The notes beneath the pieces are model-generated. The model saw only the letters and a program-made list of their open reading frames with translations, had not been told where the DNA came from and ran no database searches. Of a stretch of DNA of 45,991 bases, positions 18,994 to 28,374 are shown one piece after another. This DNA comes from Candidatus Bathyarchaeia archaeon (GTDB taxonomy: Archaea > Thermoproteota > Bathyarchaeia > Bathyarchaeales > Bathycorpusculaceae). The DNA is taken from contig JAVZNT010000004.1 in the NCBI GenBank assembly GCA_038882655.1, forward strand, positions 1 through 45,991, read 5' to 3'. Within the stretch, counting starts at the first letter, position 1. Every line of letters starts with the position of its first letter. The translations under genes and the position numbers were made by a program.

Positions 18994-19911
18994 ATGAGCA
19001 TATCAAGGTTAGACAAGCACATTTTCATGATTGACGTTGAGGTGGCTGGAATACAACACTTTATCGCCAGTTACGTCCTAATAGGCGAAAAAATAGCCAT
19101 AGTTGAGACGGGCCCCACATCCTCTATTCAAAATCTTGTCCGCGGCTTGACGGGTTTAGGCATAAAATCCTGTGACGTTTCCTACATCGCAGTTTCACAC
19201 ATCCACTTGGACCACGGTGGGGGCGCCGGCACTCTCGCAAAGCATTTTCCAAAAGCGCAGGTAATCGTCCATGAAAAAGGAGCACCACACCTTGTAAATC
19301 CAGAAAGGCTTTGGCAGCAATCAAAAATGATTCTCGGAGAAGTAGCTGAAATCTATGGTGCACCAGAACCAGTTTCAGCTGACCAAATCATAGCTGCGAA
19401 AGATGGCATGACCTTGGAAATTGGGCGAGGCGTATCGCTAAAAGTTGTGGAAACCCTTGGACACGCCTCTCATCATTTAAGTTATTATGAACCATTAAGC
19501 AATAGCATATTCGTTGGAGATGCTGCTGGAATTTATTTGAATGATATAGACGTTATAGTTCCAACAACACCTTCACCTTTCAGATTGGATATGGCTCTTA
19601 CATCCTTGAAAAAGTTGGCAAATCTAAAACCCTCAGTCCTATATTACACGCATTTTGGCAGGGCGAAAAACGCCATGGAAAAACTTCAAGTATATTCTGA
19701 TCAACTTAGGCTTTGGGCTAACATTGCAAAGCAATCATTAGACGAAGGGAAAGATTTAGAGGAAATCAGCCGTAAAATTGCAGAAAAGGACCGAGTTATT
19801 AAAAAGGCAGCGAAGTATATTAAAGTGCATAGGGTTTTGGGTGAAACCGTTCTTAAAACAAGCGTTTTGGGCGTGGTGGAGTTCGTGAAGAATTTCGGCC
19901 CTCCACCTTAG
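18994..19911 (+). CDS. MBL-fold metallo-hydrolase
   Basis: SHIHLDHGGG, GHASHH, GDAAG and THFG. Confidence 0.92.
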   Translation: MSISRLDKHIFMIDVEVAGIQHFIASYVLIGEKIAIVETGPTSSIQNLVRGLTGLGIKSCDVSYIAVSHIHLDHGGGAGTLAKHFPKAQVIVHEKGAPHLVNPERLWQQSKMILGEVAEIYGAPEPVSADQIIAAKDGMTLEIGRGVSLKVVETLGHASHHLSYYEPLSNSIFVGDAAGIYLNDIDVIVPTTPSPFRLDMALTSLKKLANLKPSVLYYTHFGRAKNAMEKLQVYSDQLRLWANIAKQSLDEGKDLEEISRKIAEKDRVIKKAAKYIKVHRVLGETVLKTSVLGVVEFVKNFGPPP

Positions 19912-19982
19912 CCTTATCGGTTTATGTGCCGAAATGCTTTATATTTAGCGTTTACTTGAGGAAGGCTTAGGGTGAAAATGTT

Positions 19983-21464
19983 ATGGGCGAAGAAGGAGAG
20001 GGAAGACCTCCCTCTGAAAAAGTGCCCCTTGAAAAAGTGAATGATTACACTTGGCGTATCCCAAAATATAAACCTGGAATGCGAGTTCCGGGCATAATTT
20101 TTGCGGATAAAGTGTTGTTGGAGAAAATGCAGACGGATAGAACCCTTGAACAGTGCGCTAACGTCGCTCACTTGCCCGGCATATACAAGTACTCTATAAC
20201 GTTGCCTGATGGGCATGAGGGTTATGGCTTTCCAATAGGTGGAGTGGCAGCAACAGACTACAATGAAGGGGTAATAAGCCCGGGTGGGGTTGGTTACGAC
20301 ATAAACTGTGGTGTGCGCCTCCTAACAACAAACCTCTCAGAACAAGACCTTAAACCCAAACTTGTTCAGTTGACAAACACCATTTTTGAGAATGTGCCAT
20401 GCGGTCTTGGAAGTCGCCGAAAAGACTTCAGAGTAACAATCAATGACTTGGACAGGCTTGCAATGGAAGGTGTCCAGTGGGTTATAGACCAAGGTTTGGG
20501 ATGGAATGAGGATGCGGAACACTGCGAAGAACATGGTTGTATGAAAAATGCCAACCCGGACAAGGTTTCGACAACCGCCAAAAACAGGGGACTAACACAA
20601 ATAGGCACTTTGGGCTCTGGAAACCACTTCCTAGAAATTCAAAAAGTTGATAAAATCTATGACGAGCGAACAGCCAAAGCCTTTGGAATCGAACATGAGG
20701 GACAAGTAACCGTTATGATTCACTGCGGCTCCAGAGGTTTCGGACACCAAATTTGCTCTGACTACTTGCGGGTTATGGAGAGGGCTATCCATAAATACAA
20801 AATAGTTTTGCCCGACAGAGAACTTGCATGCGCACCAGGAAACAGCAATGAGGCTGAAGACTATTATGGGGCTATGGCATGTGCAGTAAACTATGCCTTT
20901 GCAAATAGGCAGACAATAATGCACTGGGTTCGCCAAAGCTTCCAGCAAGTTTACAAAGAAGACCCCGAAAAGTTCGGCTTAAAACTTGTTTACGACGTGG
21001 CCCACAACATTGCAAAAATAGAAACTCATAGGGTTAATGGCGAGCAGAGGAAAGTTTGGGTTCACAGAAAAGGCGCCACAAGAGCCTTTCCGCCGGGACA
21101 CCTTGAGATCCCAGCAAACTACCGAAGCGTCGGACAGCCAGTAATAATACCTGGAAGCATGGGAACAAGCTCGTGGGTTTTAGTCGGCACCGAAAAAGCT
21201 ATGGAAATAAGCTTTGGCTCAACAGCCCACGGAGCCGGAAGAATGCTAAGCCGCGCAGCTGCAAAACGAAGATTTTACGGTGGAGATGTAAAAAGAAGCC
21301 TTGAACAGAGAGGCATAGCCGTTAGAGCCGCAAGCGCGGTCGTACTAGCCGAAGAGGCAGACCCAGCATACAAAAACGTGGACATAGTAGCGGACGTTAG
21401 CCACAAAGTCGGGATAGCCACAAAAGTCGCAAGACTCGTACCACTAGCGGTTGTCAAAGGCTAA
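19983..21464 (+). CDS. rtcB: RNA-splicing ligase RtcB
   Basis: PDGHEGYGFPIGG, GYDINCG, GTLGSGNHF, HCGSRG, HNIAK, HRKGAT and HGAGR. Confidence 0.97.
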   Translation: MGEEGEGRPPSEKVPLEKVNDYTWRIPKYKPGMRVPGIIFADKVLLEKMQTDRTLEQCANVAHLPGIYKYSITLPDGHEGYGFPIGGVAATDYNEGVISPGGVGYDINCGVRLLTTNLSEQDLKPKLVQLTNTIFENVPCGLGSRRKDFRVTINDLDRLAMEGVQWVIDQGLGWNEDAEHCEEHGCMKNANPDKVSTTAKNRGLTQIGTLGSGNHFLEIQKVDKIYDERTAKAFGIEHEGQVTVMIHCGSRGFGHQICSDYLRVMERAIHKYKIVLPDRELACAPGNSNEAEDYYGAMACAVNYAFANRQTIMHWVRQSFQQVYKEDPEKFGLKLVYDVAHNIAKIETHRVNGEQRKVWVHRKGATRAFPPGHLEIPANYRSVGQPVIIPGSMGTSSWVLVGTEKAMEISFGSTAHGAGRMLSRAAAKRRFYGGDVKRSLEQRGIAVRAASAVVLAEEADPAYKNVDIVADVSHKVGIATKVARLVPLAVVKG

Positions 21465-21668
21465 AACTAACGACCTCTTTACAGAAGTACACTTCTATAA
21501 GTTATAAAACTGTGAATAAATAAGTTCTGATGTCTCAGTTAGAATAGATGTTTTCAAAATAAGGGATACTTTGAGTTTAAAAACTGAGTTCTTTTGTGGA
21601 GTATAGAACGCAGACAAGCATTTAAAATGCTTTGCCTTTAACTATTTCAGAGAAAGCGTGTTTAAACA

Positions 21669-22482
21669 TGAAGGAATTCTTTCAAGTTAACGTTGCTTTC
21701 TTTGCATCATTTTTAGTTCTGATCCTTATGAGCTGCATAGCCCTAATTTTTTCCATGTTTTTATACTTAAAAACCCGCACCATAAGAAAACTTTCAAAGA
21801 ATTTATCTATCAAAGTCTTTAACAAAACCTTCAATGTCTTTGACCCTTACCCCGACAGAAGAAAAATAATTCACAATTTAATCTTTCTCATTCCAATTTT
21901 TGCTACAGCGGGCTCCCTAACACTTGTTTTCATTATGGCAGTCGCAGTCTTTGAAATGGGTCTTCTTTTAAGCCTCATTATACTTATTATTTGTGTTAAT
22001 TTAATTGCGCTTGATGGAGCTTTTGATGTTTACAAATATGCAGGAATTTCATAAGAGCCGCCAGAAACAAGGCATCCTTTGGTAAGGGCGACTTAGCTGC
22101 TTTTTATCTGATAAGAGAGAGCCTTCCAAGATTAACAGTGTACTACTTCTTTCTAGCAATAACATTCCTTATTTTATCTATAATATTGCCGTATATTGTG
22201 CCAGCATCATTATCAGCTCTTGCTACATTCTTTTTAATGTTCGAGTCTATTGCATCTATAGAAACCTTAACTACCTTGACTCCGTATTTTATCGTACTTT
22301 TATTTGTTGCGATTAGCATAGTTATAGTTCACGTAATTGCTAAAAAAGTCAGGAGCAAGATTATTGGTTTCCCTATTCCAGAGAGCACGCCAGTGCTTGA
22401 CTTTGAGGCCATCAAAGATAAGCTGGCCTTAGGTCACGGTGCTCTCTTAGCTGGAGCCGACGAGAAAATAGAAAAAGAATAG
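21669..22482 (+). pseudogene. Frameshifted multi-TM hypothetical protein (two ORF halves)
   Basis: ORF1 stops at 22054. The ORF2 frame is open upstream through 22048 (FIRAARNKASFGKGDL). One extra T in GGAATTTC joins the halves. Confidence 0.6.
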
Positions 22483-22507
22483 TGAACGTTAAATCCTTTC
22501 AATGAAA

Positions 22508-22582
22508 CGGGCGGGGTGGGATTTGAACCCACGATCACAAGCTTAGGAGGCTTGCGCCCTATCCTTGCTAGGCTACCCGCCC
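22508..22582 (-). tRNA. tRNA-Arg(CCT), no intron
   Basis: Acceptor GGGCGGG/CCCGCCC, anticodon arm CAAGC-CTCCTAA-GCTTG, T-loop GTTCAAATC. Confidence 0.95.
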
Positions 22583-22675
22583 ACCCGATTAGAAAATAAA
22601 CAACAATTTCAACTTAAATGTATCTTGACGCGGAAAACTTAAACATTGGAAAGCCTTTTGAGAATACTGCTAGCA

Positions 22676-22801
22676 GCGGGGGTACCCGAGCCAGGTCTAA
22701 ATAGGCTTAAGGCTGATGGGGCGAAGACCAGCCTAGGATAGGGGGGAGGACTTAAGATCCTCTGGCGTAGGCCTCCGTGGGTTCAAATCCCACCCCCCGC
22801 A
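22676..22801 (+). tRNA. tRNA-Leu(TAA) with a 41-nt intron (22701-22741) at non-canonical position 22/23
   Basis: Acceptor GCGGGGG/CCCCCGC, anticodon arm GAGGA-CTTAAGA-TCCTC, long variable arm. Intron removal gives 85 nt. Confidence 0.92.
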
Positions 22802-22861
22802 CTAACCAGAATAATCATAGTTTACTAGCTCTTCAACAAAAGGCAACAGTGTCGGTTAAAA

Positions 22862-23191
22862 ATGGATGAGGTGACAAGGCGCATAGCAAGACAGCGAATT
22901 CAAACTCTCTTTACTCTAGCTAGGGAAACCTATCATGAAGACCCGCTTTTGGCTCAGCGTTATGTGGATATAGCCCGCCGCCTGGCTATGGCAGCTAAAA
23001 TCCGCCTTCCAACAGAGTATAGGCGTATGGTTTGCCGCCACTGCAAAAGCTTTATCTTGCCCGGTGTTAGCTGTCGTGTCCGCATAAAACAGCAGAGAGA
23101 ACCCCACGTGGTTATCACATGCCTAAAATGTGGGAGACATATGCGCATACCTCTCAAAAGGAAGAAGAAAGATGAGCAAACTTACCAGTAG
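22862..23191 (+). CDS. rnp4: RNase P protein Rpp21
   Basis: IARQRI..L, A.RYV..A, CRHC and CLKCG. Confidence 0.93.
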   Translation: MDEVTRRIARQRIQTLFTLARETYHEDPLLAQRYVDIARRLAMAAKIRLPTEYRRMVCRHCKSFILPGVSCRVRIKQQREPHVVITCLKCGRHMRIPLKRKKKDEQTYQ

Positions 23192-23465
23192 AATGACGCG
23201 CCGCATTAAAAGCGAGTTTGGTGGAGAAAAACCAACGATTTGGATTGGGAAAAAACAAGTCTCCGATGAACTGATTAAAGAGATTGAGAAGCAACTTGAG
23301 AAAAGAAAAATCATTAAAATCAAAATTTTGAAAAGCGCCTTACAAGAAGCGAAAGCCAGCGAAATTGCCATGGCTATTTCGAGGCAGACAGATGCTGACT
23401 TGGTGGAGGTTAGAGGGCACACATTCATTCTTTACAAGCGTCGAAGAAAAGCTCCAAAAAAGTGA
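23172..23465 (+). CDS. YhbY/CRM RNA-binding protein
   Basis: PTIWIGK, IKIKIL and VRGHTFILY. Confidence 0.9.
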   Translation: MSKLTSRMTRRIKSEFGGEKPTIWIGKKQVSDELIKEIEKQLEKRKIIKIKILKSALQEAKASEIAMAISRQTDADLVEVRGHTFILYKRRRKAPKK

Positions 23466-23515
23466 AAGCCTTTATATTGGGCTTGGTGAATTACTGAAGG
23501 AAAACAACGGGGAAA

Positions 23516-23989
23516 ATGGAATTGCCAACTCCAAACGATGTACCAGCACCAGAATTCATTCAAAAACTAGCTAATTATTTAAAGGAAAATGTAGACGAGG
23601 TAACGCCTCTAGCATGGGCAAATATGGTCAAGACAGGCGCTCACACGCAGAGAACACCCGACAACCCAAATTGGTGGTATGTACGATGCGCCTCGCTATT
23701 GCGGAAAATATACATTCATGGACCAATAGGAATAGAGAGACTTCGCGCAGACTACGGCGGTAGAAAAGACTTTGGCGTTAGACCAGAACATGCCGTTAAG
23801 GCTGGTGGAGCAATAATAAGAAACGCTTTACAACAGCTTGAGAACGCCGGACTTGTCGAAAAGTTTCAGAACAAAGGAAGGCGAATAACAAAGGAAGGAA
23901 GAAAACTTCTCGAAGAGATAGTTGAAGAAGTGAAGAAAGACTTGCTAAAGGAAATGCCCGAACTGGAAAAATACCAAAAGAGTGAGTGA
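23516..23989 (+). CDS. rps19e: 30S ribosomal protein S19e
   Basis: [25 protein letters not shown] and LQQLE.AG. Confidence 0.96.
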   Translation: MELPTPNDVPAPEFIQKLANYLKENVDEVTPLAWANMVKTGAHTQRTPDNPNWWYVRCASLLRKIYIHGPIGIERLRADYGGRKDFGVRPEHAVKAGGAIIRNALQQLENAGLVEKFQNKGRRITKEGRKLLEEIVEEVKKDLLKEMPELEKYQKSE

Positions 23990-23990
23990 A

Positions 23991-24320
23991 ATGTCGGAGG
24001 AAGAGCTTGAGGAGCTTCGCCAGAAAAAACTTTTGGCACTGCAACGGAGAATAGCTGAAGAACAACGAAGAGCCCAAATGGAACAACAGCTCGAAATGCA
24101 GAAACAAGCCATACTAAAAAACATACTAACACCAGAAGCGAGGCAAAGGCTGGCAAACCTGAAACTCGTCAAGCCAGAGTTTACGGCGCAACTAGAACTT
24201 CAGCTAATCCAGCTAGCTCAAACGGGAAAGTTGCCAGTACCCCTAACTGACGAGCAGCTCAAACAAATACTAATTCAACTGCAAACCCAAAAACGAGAAA
24301 TAAGGATAAGAAGGGTTTAA
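23991..24320 (+). CDS. PDCD5-like DNA-binding protein
   Basis: [28 protein letters not shown]; conserved position in the operon. Confidence 0.93.
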   Translation: MSEEELEELRQKKLLALQRRIAEEQRRAQMEQQLEMQKQAILKNILTPEARQRLANLKLVKPEFTAQLELQLIQLAQTGKLPVPLTDEQLKQILIQLQTQKREIRIRRV

Positions 24321-24321
24321 T

Positions 24322-24477
24322 ATGGCTAGATTCAAGCCCACAGCTAAAAAGAGGAGACTGGCAAAAGCTGGAAAACAGAAAAGAGCTGTTCCAACATGGG
24401 TTATTGCCAAGACCGCCGGGAAATTTAGGACACACCCAAAAAGGAGGCATTGGAGAACACGGAAAATAAAGGCTTAG
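24322..24477 (+). CDS. rpl39e: 50S ribosomal protein L39e (absent from ORF track)
   Basis: Hand translation: [51 protein letters not shown]. Confidence 0.95.
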   Translation: MARFKPTAKKRRLAKAGKQKRAVPTWVIAKTAGKFRTHPKRRHWRTRKIKA

Positions 24478-24491
24478 GAGGGTGAAGCATC

Positions 24492-25019
24492 ATGAAGGCG
24501 GAAGAATCCGAAGAAAAGGCAAGCGAAGAAGTTGAGAAGGAAACTGGCGAAGAAAAAGTCGAGCAGAGAGTAGAGGAAGTCGTTGAAGAGGCAAAGGAAG
24601 AAGGAGTTACAGAGGAATCTTTAGAGGGAGATTTGGAAGAGGCTGAAGCTGAAAAACCTATAGAGGAGGAAGCAGCCGAAGAAGAGACTAAGCCTCCAAG
24701 GGAGGAGATTGAAGAAGAAATTGTTGAAGAAAGATTTTACACAATACCGCTTGGCAAGGCTTGGCTCGTGCCCCCGAACAAGAGGGCGCCAAAAGCCATT
24801 AGGATATTACGGGATTTTATTAAGAGGCATATGAAGCTGGAAGCCAAAAAAGAGGGCGAGGAAGAAGAGGAAGCCGAGTCTAAAAAGCTCATAATAAGTA
24901 ATGAGGTAAATGAGAAGGTTTGGAGCAGAGGCATAGAGAAGCCTCCGCGGAAAATTCGTGTAAGGGCTGCCAGAGATAGGGATGGAAACGTTACTGTTTA
25001 TTTGGCCGAAGGAGACTGA
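24492..25019 (+). CDS. rpl31e: 50S ribosomal protein L31e with long acidic N-terminal extension
   Basis: ERFYTIPL, RAPKAI, VNEKVWSRGIEKPPRKIRV. Confidence 0.93.
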   Translation: MKAEESEEKASEEVEKETGEEKVEQRVEEVVEEAKEEGVTEESLEGDLEEAEAEKPIEEEAAEEETKPPREEIEEEIVEERFYTIPLGKAWLVPPNKRAPKAIRILRDFIKRHMKLEAKKEGEEEEEAESKKLIISNEVNEKVWSRGIEKPPRKIRVRAARDRDGNVTVYLAEGD

Positions 25020-25021
25020 GC

Positions 25022-25702
25022 TTGGCAATTTACGTAGCAAGTCTCTTTGGAAGTGCAAGCATAGGGGTATACTCGCTAGCCACTGAGAAGATGCTCATAA
25101 TCCCCAAGTTTGTTCCTCTAAAAAAGGCTGAGAGAATTGGAAATTGGCTTAAAGTTAAACTTGTACACACGACCATAGGTGGCTCAATACTGGTCGGCGC
25201 CTTGGCATGCGCCAACTCAAACGGGATTCTCCTACCCCACTTTGTAAGGGACGATGAAATTGAGGTGATAAAGGCTACATTTGACGGAAACATAACGGTA
25301 ATGGAGACGAAGAAGACGGCTTATGGGAACATGGTTTTGGCAAACGATTACGGTGCAATTGTAGACCCAAGGCTTAAGGCTTCTGAAATTAGGAAAATTT
25401 CCGACACTCTTGGTGTTGAAGTTGTTCCGGGAGAGATAGCTCAACTCCCATATGTAGGTTCTTTGGCGGTTGCAACCAACAAGGGTGCGTTGGCACATCC
25501 TCTACTGAAGGAAGAGGAGAGGAAGCTTTTGGAAGAAGTTCTTAAAGTGCCCGTGGACGTGGGCACGGTTAACTGCGGTATACCATATGTAGGAACTGGC
25601 CTCATAGGTAACAGCCACGTTGCTGTTGCTGGTTCGTTAACAACAGGTCCAGAAATGTTTATAATTGGACATGCCTTGGGTGTAGTAAAGGAAGATGAGT
25701 GA
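25022..25702 (+). CDS. eif6: Translation initiation factor 6
   Basis: IGVY, ANSNG, GNMVLAND, GTVNCG and TTGPE. Confidence 0.95.
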   Translation: MAIYVASLFGSASIGVYSLATEKMLIIPKFVPLKKAERIGNWLKVKLVHTTIGGSILVGALACANSNGILLPHFVRDDEIEVIKATFDGNITVMETKKTAYGNMVLANDYGAIVDPRLKASEIRKISDTLGVEVVPGEIAQLPYVGSLAVATNKGALAHPLLKEEERKLLEEVLKVPVDVGTVNCGIPYVGTGLIGNSHVAVAGSLTTGPEMFIIGHALGVVKEDE

Positions 25703-25934
25703 AGTGAAAGTTTTCAGAGTCACCGGAGAAATCAGAAAACCAAACTTGAAAACCCACTTTAGAAAAGAAGTCATAGCAATCAAGCCAGAACATGCTGTAG
25801 AGAAAGTCTATACCGAATTGGGCAGCAAACACCGCGTTAAACGCTTCCACATAAAGATAACCAGCGTTGACGAAATCTCACCAGGGGAAATTGAGGACCC
25901 TTTGATAAGGAAGATAATTGCAGGAGAAATATAA
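25695..25934 (+). CDS. rpl18a: 50S ribosomal protein L18Ae/LX (eL20)
   Basis: FRKEV.A.KPEHAVEKVYTELGSKH; synteny. Confidence 0.92.
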   Translation: MSEVKVFRVTGEIRKPNLKTHFRKEVIAIKPEHAVEKVYTELGSKHRVKRFHIKITSVDEISPGEIEDPLIRKIIAGEI

Positions 25935-25935
25935 G

Positions 25936-26382
25936 TTGGCGGCAAAAGCTGAGGAAGAGCTTAGAAGATTAAGTGTTGAAATGCGGATTTTGGAGCAGAC
26001 AGCAGAAACCATACAATCGCGAATAAGCATGATAAACGCCGTAATAACAGACTTAACTTATGCAAGCATGACATTGGAAGGTTTGGAAAAACAGAGGGAA
26101 AACGAGGAACTTCTGGTCCCGGTAGGGGGGAACTCCTACATAAAAGCGAGACTTGAAACGCCGGATAAAGTTACTGTTGGAATAGGCGCAGGCGTCTCGG
26201 TTGAGAAAACTTTGCAGGAGGCTAAGGAGATAATTAGGAAAAGGCTTGAAGATTTGGAGAAGAGTAGGACTTCCCTTCAGCAGCAGTTTTCACAAGTTGT
26301 TGACAGGATAAACGAGGATAGGGAACGCTTTGAGGAGTTGGCAGCCCAATTAAGAAAGGAGACTCCCTCAAGAAATGTTTGA
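25936..26382 (+). CDS. pfdA: Prefoldin alpha subunit
   Basis: Coiled coils flanking LLVPVGG and VGIGAGVSVEK. Confidence 0.93.
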   Translation: MAAKAEEELRRLSVEMRILEQTAETIQSRISMINAVITDLTYASMTLEGLEKQRENEELLVPVGGNSYIKARLETPDKVTVGIGAGVSVEKTLQEAKEIIRKRLEDLEKSRTSLQQQFSQVVDRINEDRERFEELAAQLRKETPSRNV

Positions 26383-27280
26383 AAGGCTTAAGTCCGGCTT
26401 AAGCAGCCTAGTAAACAAGATTACAACAACAGAGTTTAAACCCGAAAACCTCGGCCCAATACTTTCAGAGTTTAGGCTAAACCTAATAGAAAATGACGTT
26501 GCAGTGCCAGTGGCAGAGCGCATATGCGAAGAAATGGAAAAGCGCCTAAACGGCGTTCAAGTCAAAAGGCTTGAGGACAAAAAGAAGGTTGTGGAGCAGC
26601 ACCTCCGCGAAGTGCTCTTGGAGGTCATGCTTACAAATAGTAAAATAGATTTGTTTAAGGCTGTTGAAGAAAAAAGAAGGAAGAAGGAGCCTTTTGTCAT
26701 CGTTTTTGTTGGGATAAATGGCACCGGAAAAACGACAACAATAGCCAAAGTTGCCAAGCTTTTAAACAATAGAGGGTACTCCGTCGTGCTTGCGTGCAGC
26801 GACACTTACAGGGCGGGTTCAATCGAGCAGTTGGAAACTCATGCCAAGCGTTTGGGCATACGAATGATAAAGCATAAGTACGGTGCAGACCCGGCGGCTG
26901 TAGCCTACGACGCAATAAGCCATGCGAAGGCCCATGGAACCCACGCTGTTTTAATAGATACTGCCGGTAGAATGCAGACAAACCGCAATCTAATGAGTGA
27001 ACTAGCAAAAATTAAGCGGGTTGTAAAACCTGACCTAACTATTTTGACGGTTGATTCTTTGACTGGAAATGATGCGGTAATGCAGGCGGAAGAGTTCCAC
27101 AAAAGCGTCGGCATAGACGCAACAATACTGACGAAAGTGGACGCCGACATTAAAGGCGGCTCAGCTCTAAGCGTAACCTATATCACACAAAAACCCATCT
27201 TGTTTGCTGGAACCGGGCAAAAGTATGATGATTTGGAGGAGTTTCAGCCGGAAAAATTTGTGGACATGATTTTGAAATAA
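26375..27280 (+). CDS. ftsY: SRP receptor FtsY (NG domain only)
   Basis: GINGTGKTTT, DTYRAG, DTAGR, TKVD and GTGQ. Confidence 0.96.
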   Translation: MFERLKSGLSSLVNKITTTEFKPENLGPILSEFRLNLIENDVAVPVAERICEEMEKRLNGVQVKRLEDKKKVVEQHLREVLLEVMLTNSKIDLFKAVEEKRRKKEPFVIVFVGINGTGKTTTIAKVAKLLNNRGYSVVLACSDTYRAGSIEQLETHAKRLGIRMIKHKYGADPAAVAYDAISHAKAHGTHAVLIDTAGRMQTNRNLMSELAKIKRVVKPDLTILTVDSLTGNDAVMQAEEFHKSVGIDATILTKVDADIKGGSALSVTYITQKPILFAGTGQKYDDLEEFQPEKFVDMILK

Positions 27281-27354
27281 GCAGCCATACTGTCTTCTAC
27301 CGCGAAAAGCAGTTCATAATCTAAGGGTAAATTGCCAGCCACATAACGCTTTAC

Positions 27355-28269
27355 CTAGAATTTTCCAAGCAGTTTAAGCAGTATAGCCTTCGCTGAGTAA
27401 AGGCGATTCTCGCTTTGCTCATAAATAATGGAGTTTGGGCTTTCTATGATGTCTGCGCTTATTTCGTAGCCTCTGTGGATGGGCATGTCGTGCATTATGT
27501 AGGCTTTGCTCCCCCGCAGTAACTCCTTATTTATCTGGTATGGCATCATGAGTCTGAGGCGTTTTTCCTTTTCAGCGGCGAATTTCGGGTCTGTGAAGAA
27601 TTCCATGTCAACCCATGTGTCAGTGTAGACGAAGTCCGCGTCCTTTATGGCTTCCCTAGCGTCCAGTGTAGTCTCGTAAAGTCCGGTTTTTTTAGCCTCC
27701 TCTAGAAGCTCATCATCCCTTGCAGGTTCATTGAAAATCGGCGTTACAGTGGTTATATTCACTCCGGTTTTTGTGCATCCTTCAATGAGAGAGTTGCAGA
27801 CGTTATTATGAACCCCAATGTAGACCAGTTTTAAGCCCTTTAGTTCGCCCTTCTTCTCCTTCATGGTCATTAGGTCCGCTATTGCTTGGCTCGGATGATA
27901 TTTTTCATCGCAGCCATTTATTACTGGAACTCGAGAGGCTTGGGCCATTATCTGTAGGTCGGCGTTTTGCAGAAGCCTGGCCATTATGCAGTCAACATTC
28001 CGCGACAAGTATTGGGTTTCATCGTATATGTCGGCTATTGTAAAGTTGGTGGTTCTCCAATCAATGTAAAGTGCGTGGCCCCCCAGGTGTGTCATAGCCA
28101 CCTCAAAAGAGACCCTCGTACGCGTGGAAGTCTTCTGGAATATCATTGCGAGGGATTTGCCATCCAAAGCTCTGTGATATTTTTCCGGGTTTTGCTTTAC
28201 CTCAATAGCCTTGTCAATTATTTCTAAAAGTTGTTGCCCAGACAAAATTTTGAAGTTAATTAAGTGCAT
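27355..28269 (-). CDS. argF: Ornithine carbamoyltransferase-family transcarbamylase
   Basis: STRTR.SF, HPSQ and Q.ENR; variant HDMP and DTWVDME motifs. Confidence 0.85.
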   Translation of the reverse strand: MHLINFKILSGQQLLEIIDKAIEVKQNPEKYHRALDGKSLAMIFQKTSTRTRVSFEVAMTHLGGHALYIDWRTTNFTIADIYDETQYLSRNVDCIMARLLQNADLQIMAQASRVPVINGCDEKYHPSQAIADLMTMKEKKGELKGLKLVYIGVHNNVCNSLIEGCTKTGVNITTVTPIFNEPARDDELLEEAKKTGLYETTLDAREAIKDADFVYTDTWVDMEFFTDPKFAAEKEKRLRLMMPYQINKELLRGSKAYIMHDMPIHRGYEISADIIESPNSIIYEQSENRLYSAKAILLKLLGKF

Positions 28270-28374
28270 TTACTTTTCACCAGCGTTGAACCCTAAGGCT
28301 TCAACAGTTTTAAGCATTATAAGTTTTATGGAAACCTTTATCCTTAAATGAGGCATCTTGCATTTTGATGCAAA

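Noticed and set aside
21465-21668. Possible ncRNA, C/D sRNA or att site (CTCAGTT...AACTGAG inverted repeat)
   Set aside because: No proper C box/D box pair, no extended stem, and no copy of the tRNA 3' end.
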